A stretch of DNA of 61,008 nucleotides, counting the filler. It is 4 parts of 4 records of this genome, joined end to end, with 100 filler letters (N's around TTAATTAATTAA, not from the genome) between each part and the next. Parts side by side here need not be neighbours in the genome. Positions count along the whole stretch, not along the records: positions 47,840 to 61,008 come from DRR723986_8133; 3 more parts are not named here. One strand, 5' to 3'. The notes beneath the pieces are model-generated. The model saw only the letters and a program-made list of their open reading frames with translations. It was not told the origin of the DNA and did no database searches. The number at the start of each line of letters is the position of its first letter. Positions within the stretch are counted from its first letter, which is position 1. Below are positions 60,285-61,008 of this stretch, piece after piece. The position numbers were made by a program, and so were the translations under genes.

Positions 60285-61008
60285 ATGAGCATCACGATCG
60301 CGATCGTTGTAAACGTTACCGGAAACGCCTGGGCGGAAGCTCCTGACGGCAGCCGCCGCCTGCTGCAACCCGGGGACGCCCTGATGCTCGGCGAACGTCT
60401 GATCACAGCGGATGACGGACGGGTGACGCTGGACTTCGGCTATGCCAATGAAGCCACCGTTGAGGGTGGTGTCGCCATACTCGCAAGCGCTGAACTCGCC
60501 AGCAACTTTGTACCTGCAGTGACAGAAAACTCAGTAGAAGAAGACAGCGTCGCCCAGGCCCTGGCCGCAATTGAAGATGCTCTTGGATCCAGTCTTGACG
60601 ATGCCGAAGCTCCTGCGGCCGGCATTGACGGTGGCAGCGCTGGCGGCAGCAGCTCTGTTCGTCTGGCCAGAATCGTCGAAAACATTAATGACGCCGATAA
60701 CAGCTTGAACCTGCAACCTCTTGATAGCCCCCCCCTCGATAATGACGGAGGCCCCACTAACACCGGATCTCAACTCCTACCGGGCAATATCGCAATTGAC
60801 GGCGTTTCCCCGGCGATCGTCGACAGCGGTAATCTGATCGTAAACGGCAACAGCAGCAATTTGTCTGCCGAGAACAGCGTTACCGTGACTGTGATTGATC
60901 AAAATGGCTATTCCGTTTCACAAACTGTCACGGCAGGGCCCGATGGCAGATTTACCTCTGTGATCTCCCAGTTTTCCAATCTGGTCGACGGCCCGGTTAC
61001 CGTCGAGG
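60285..61008 (+). CDS. Retention-module-containing giant adhesin (LapA-like), 3'-truncated
   Basis: Manual translation MSITIAIVVNVTGNAWAEAPDGSRRLLQPGD...LDDAEAPAAG...VRLARI, then an Ig-like repeat; GAGGA RBS; open to the window end, so absent from the ORF track. Confidence 0.9.
   Translation, partial: MSITIAIVVNVTGNAWAEAPDGSRRLLQPGDALMLGERLITADDGRVTLDFGYANEATVEGGVAILASAELASNFVPAVTENSVEEDSVAQALAAIEDALGSSLDDAEAPAAGIDGGSAGGSSSVRLARIVENINDADNSLNLQPLDSPPLDNDGGPTNTGSQLLPGNIAIDGVSPAIVDSGNLIVNGNSSNLSAENSVTVTVIDQNGYSVSQTVTAGPDGRFTSVISQFSNLVDGPVTVE

Noticed and set aside
60440-60773. Minus-strand ORFs of 107 and 80 aa near the window end
   Set aside because: Antisense to the plus-strand adhesin gene starting at 60285

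Overview
This window is not one locus. It is four unrelated contig fragments joined by identical 100-nt artificial spacers (44 N + TTAATTAATTAA + 44 N) at 27728-27827, 38521-38620 and 47740-47839. Taxonomic calls are my inference from protein sequence style, not from a search. (1) 1-27727, betaproteobacterial (Limnobacter-like): 3' end of a diguanylate cyclase, a MarR/EctR regulator divergent from ectABCD plus an SSS symporter, a membrane PAS-HisKA protein with a degenerate ATPase domain plus a stand-alone receiver, then a large flagellar cluster (fliR to fliF, fliE, DUF853 ATPase, ycgR, FlhB-C-like, second FliK-like, fliT, fliS, fliD, flaG, tail of fliC). (2) 27828-38520, GC-rich gammaproteobacterial (Halieaceae-like): a Lys/Ala-rich histone-H1-like protein, then adk, mazG, relA, cysM, acpS, recO, era, rnc, DUF4845, lepB, lepA. 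(3) 38621-47739, Roseobacter-group alphaproteobacterial: yejEBA, membrane-anchored cytochrome c, pheA, EEP hydrolase, SRPBCC protein, nudC, a CpdB-like nucleotidase without signal peptide, and the 5' half of the SRP RNA. (4) 47840-61008, Marinobacter-like: aceA, a DUF1538x2 / PII-like / CBS operon, and a complete Lap-type adhesin system (lapG, lapD, small conserved protein, LuxR, T1SS, TolC-OmpA, 5' end of a retention-module adhesin missed by the ORF track). The best candidates for undescribed biology are the DUF1538-PII-CBS putative nucleotide-gated transporter, the pseudokinase/receiver pair between the ectoine and flagellar genes, the uncharacterised small protein and LuxR inside the Lap T1SS operon, and the histone-H1-like protein. 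I saw no CRISPR array, rRNA, tRNA or mobile element.
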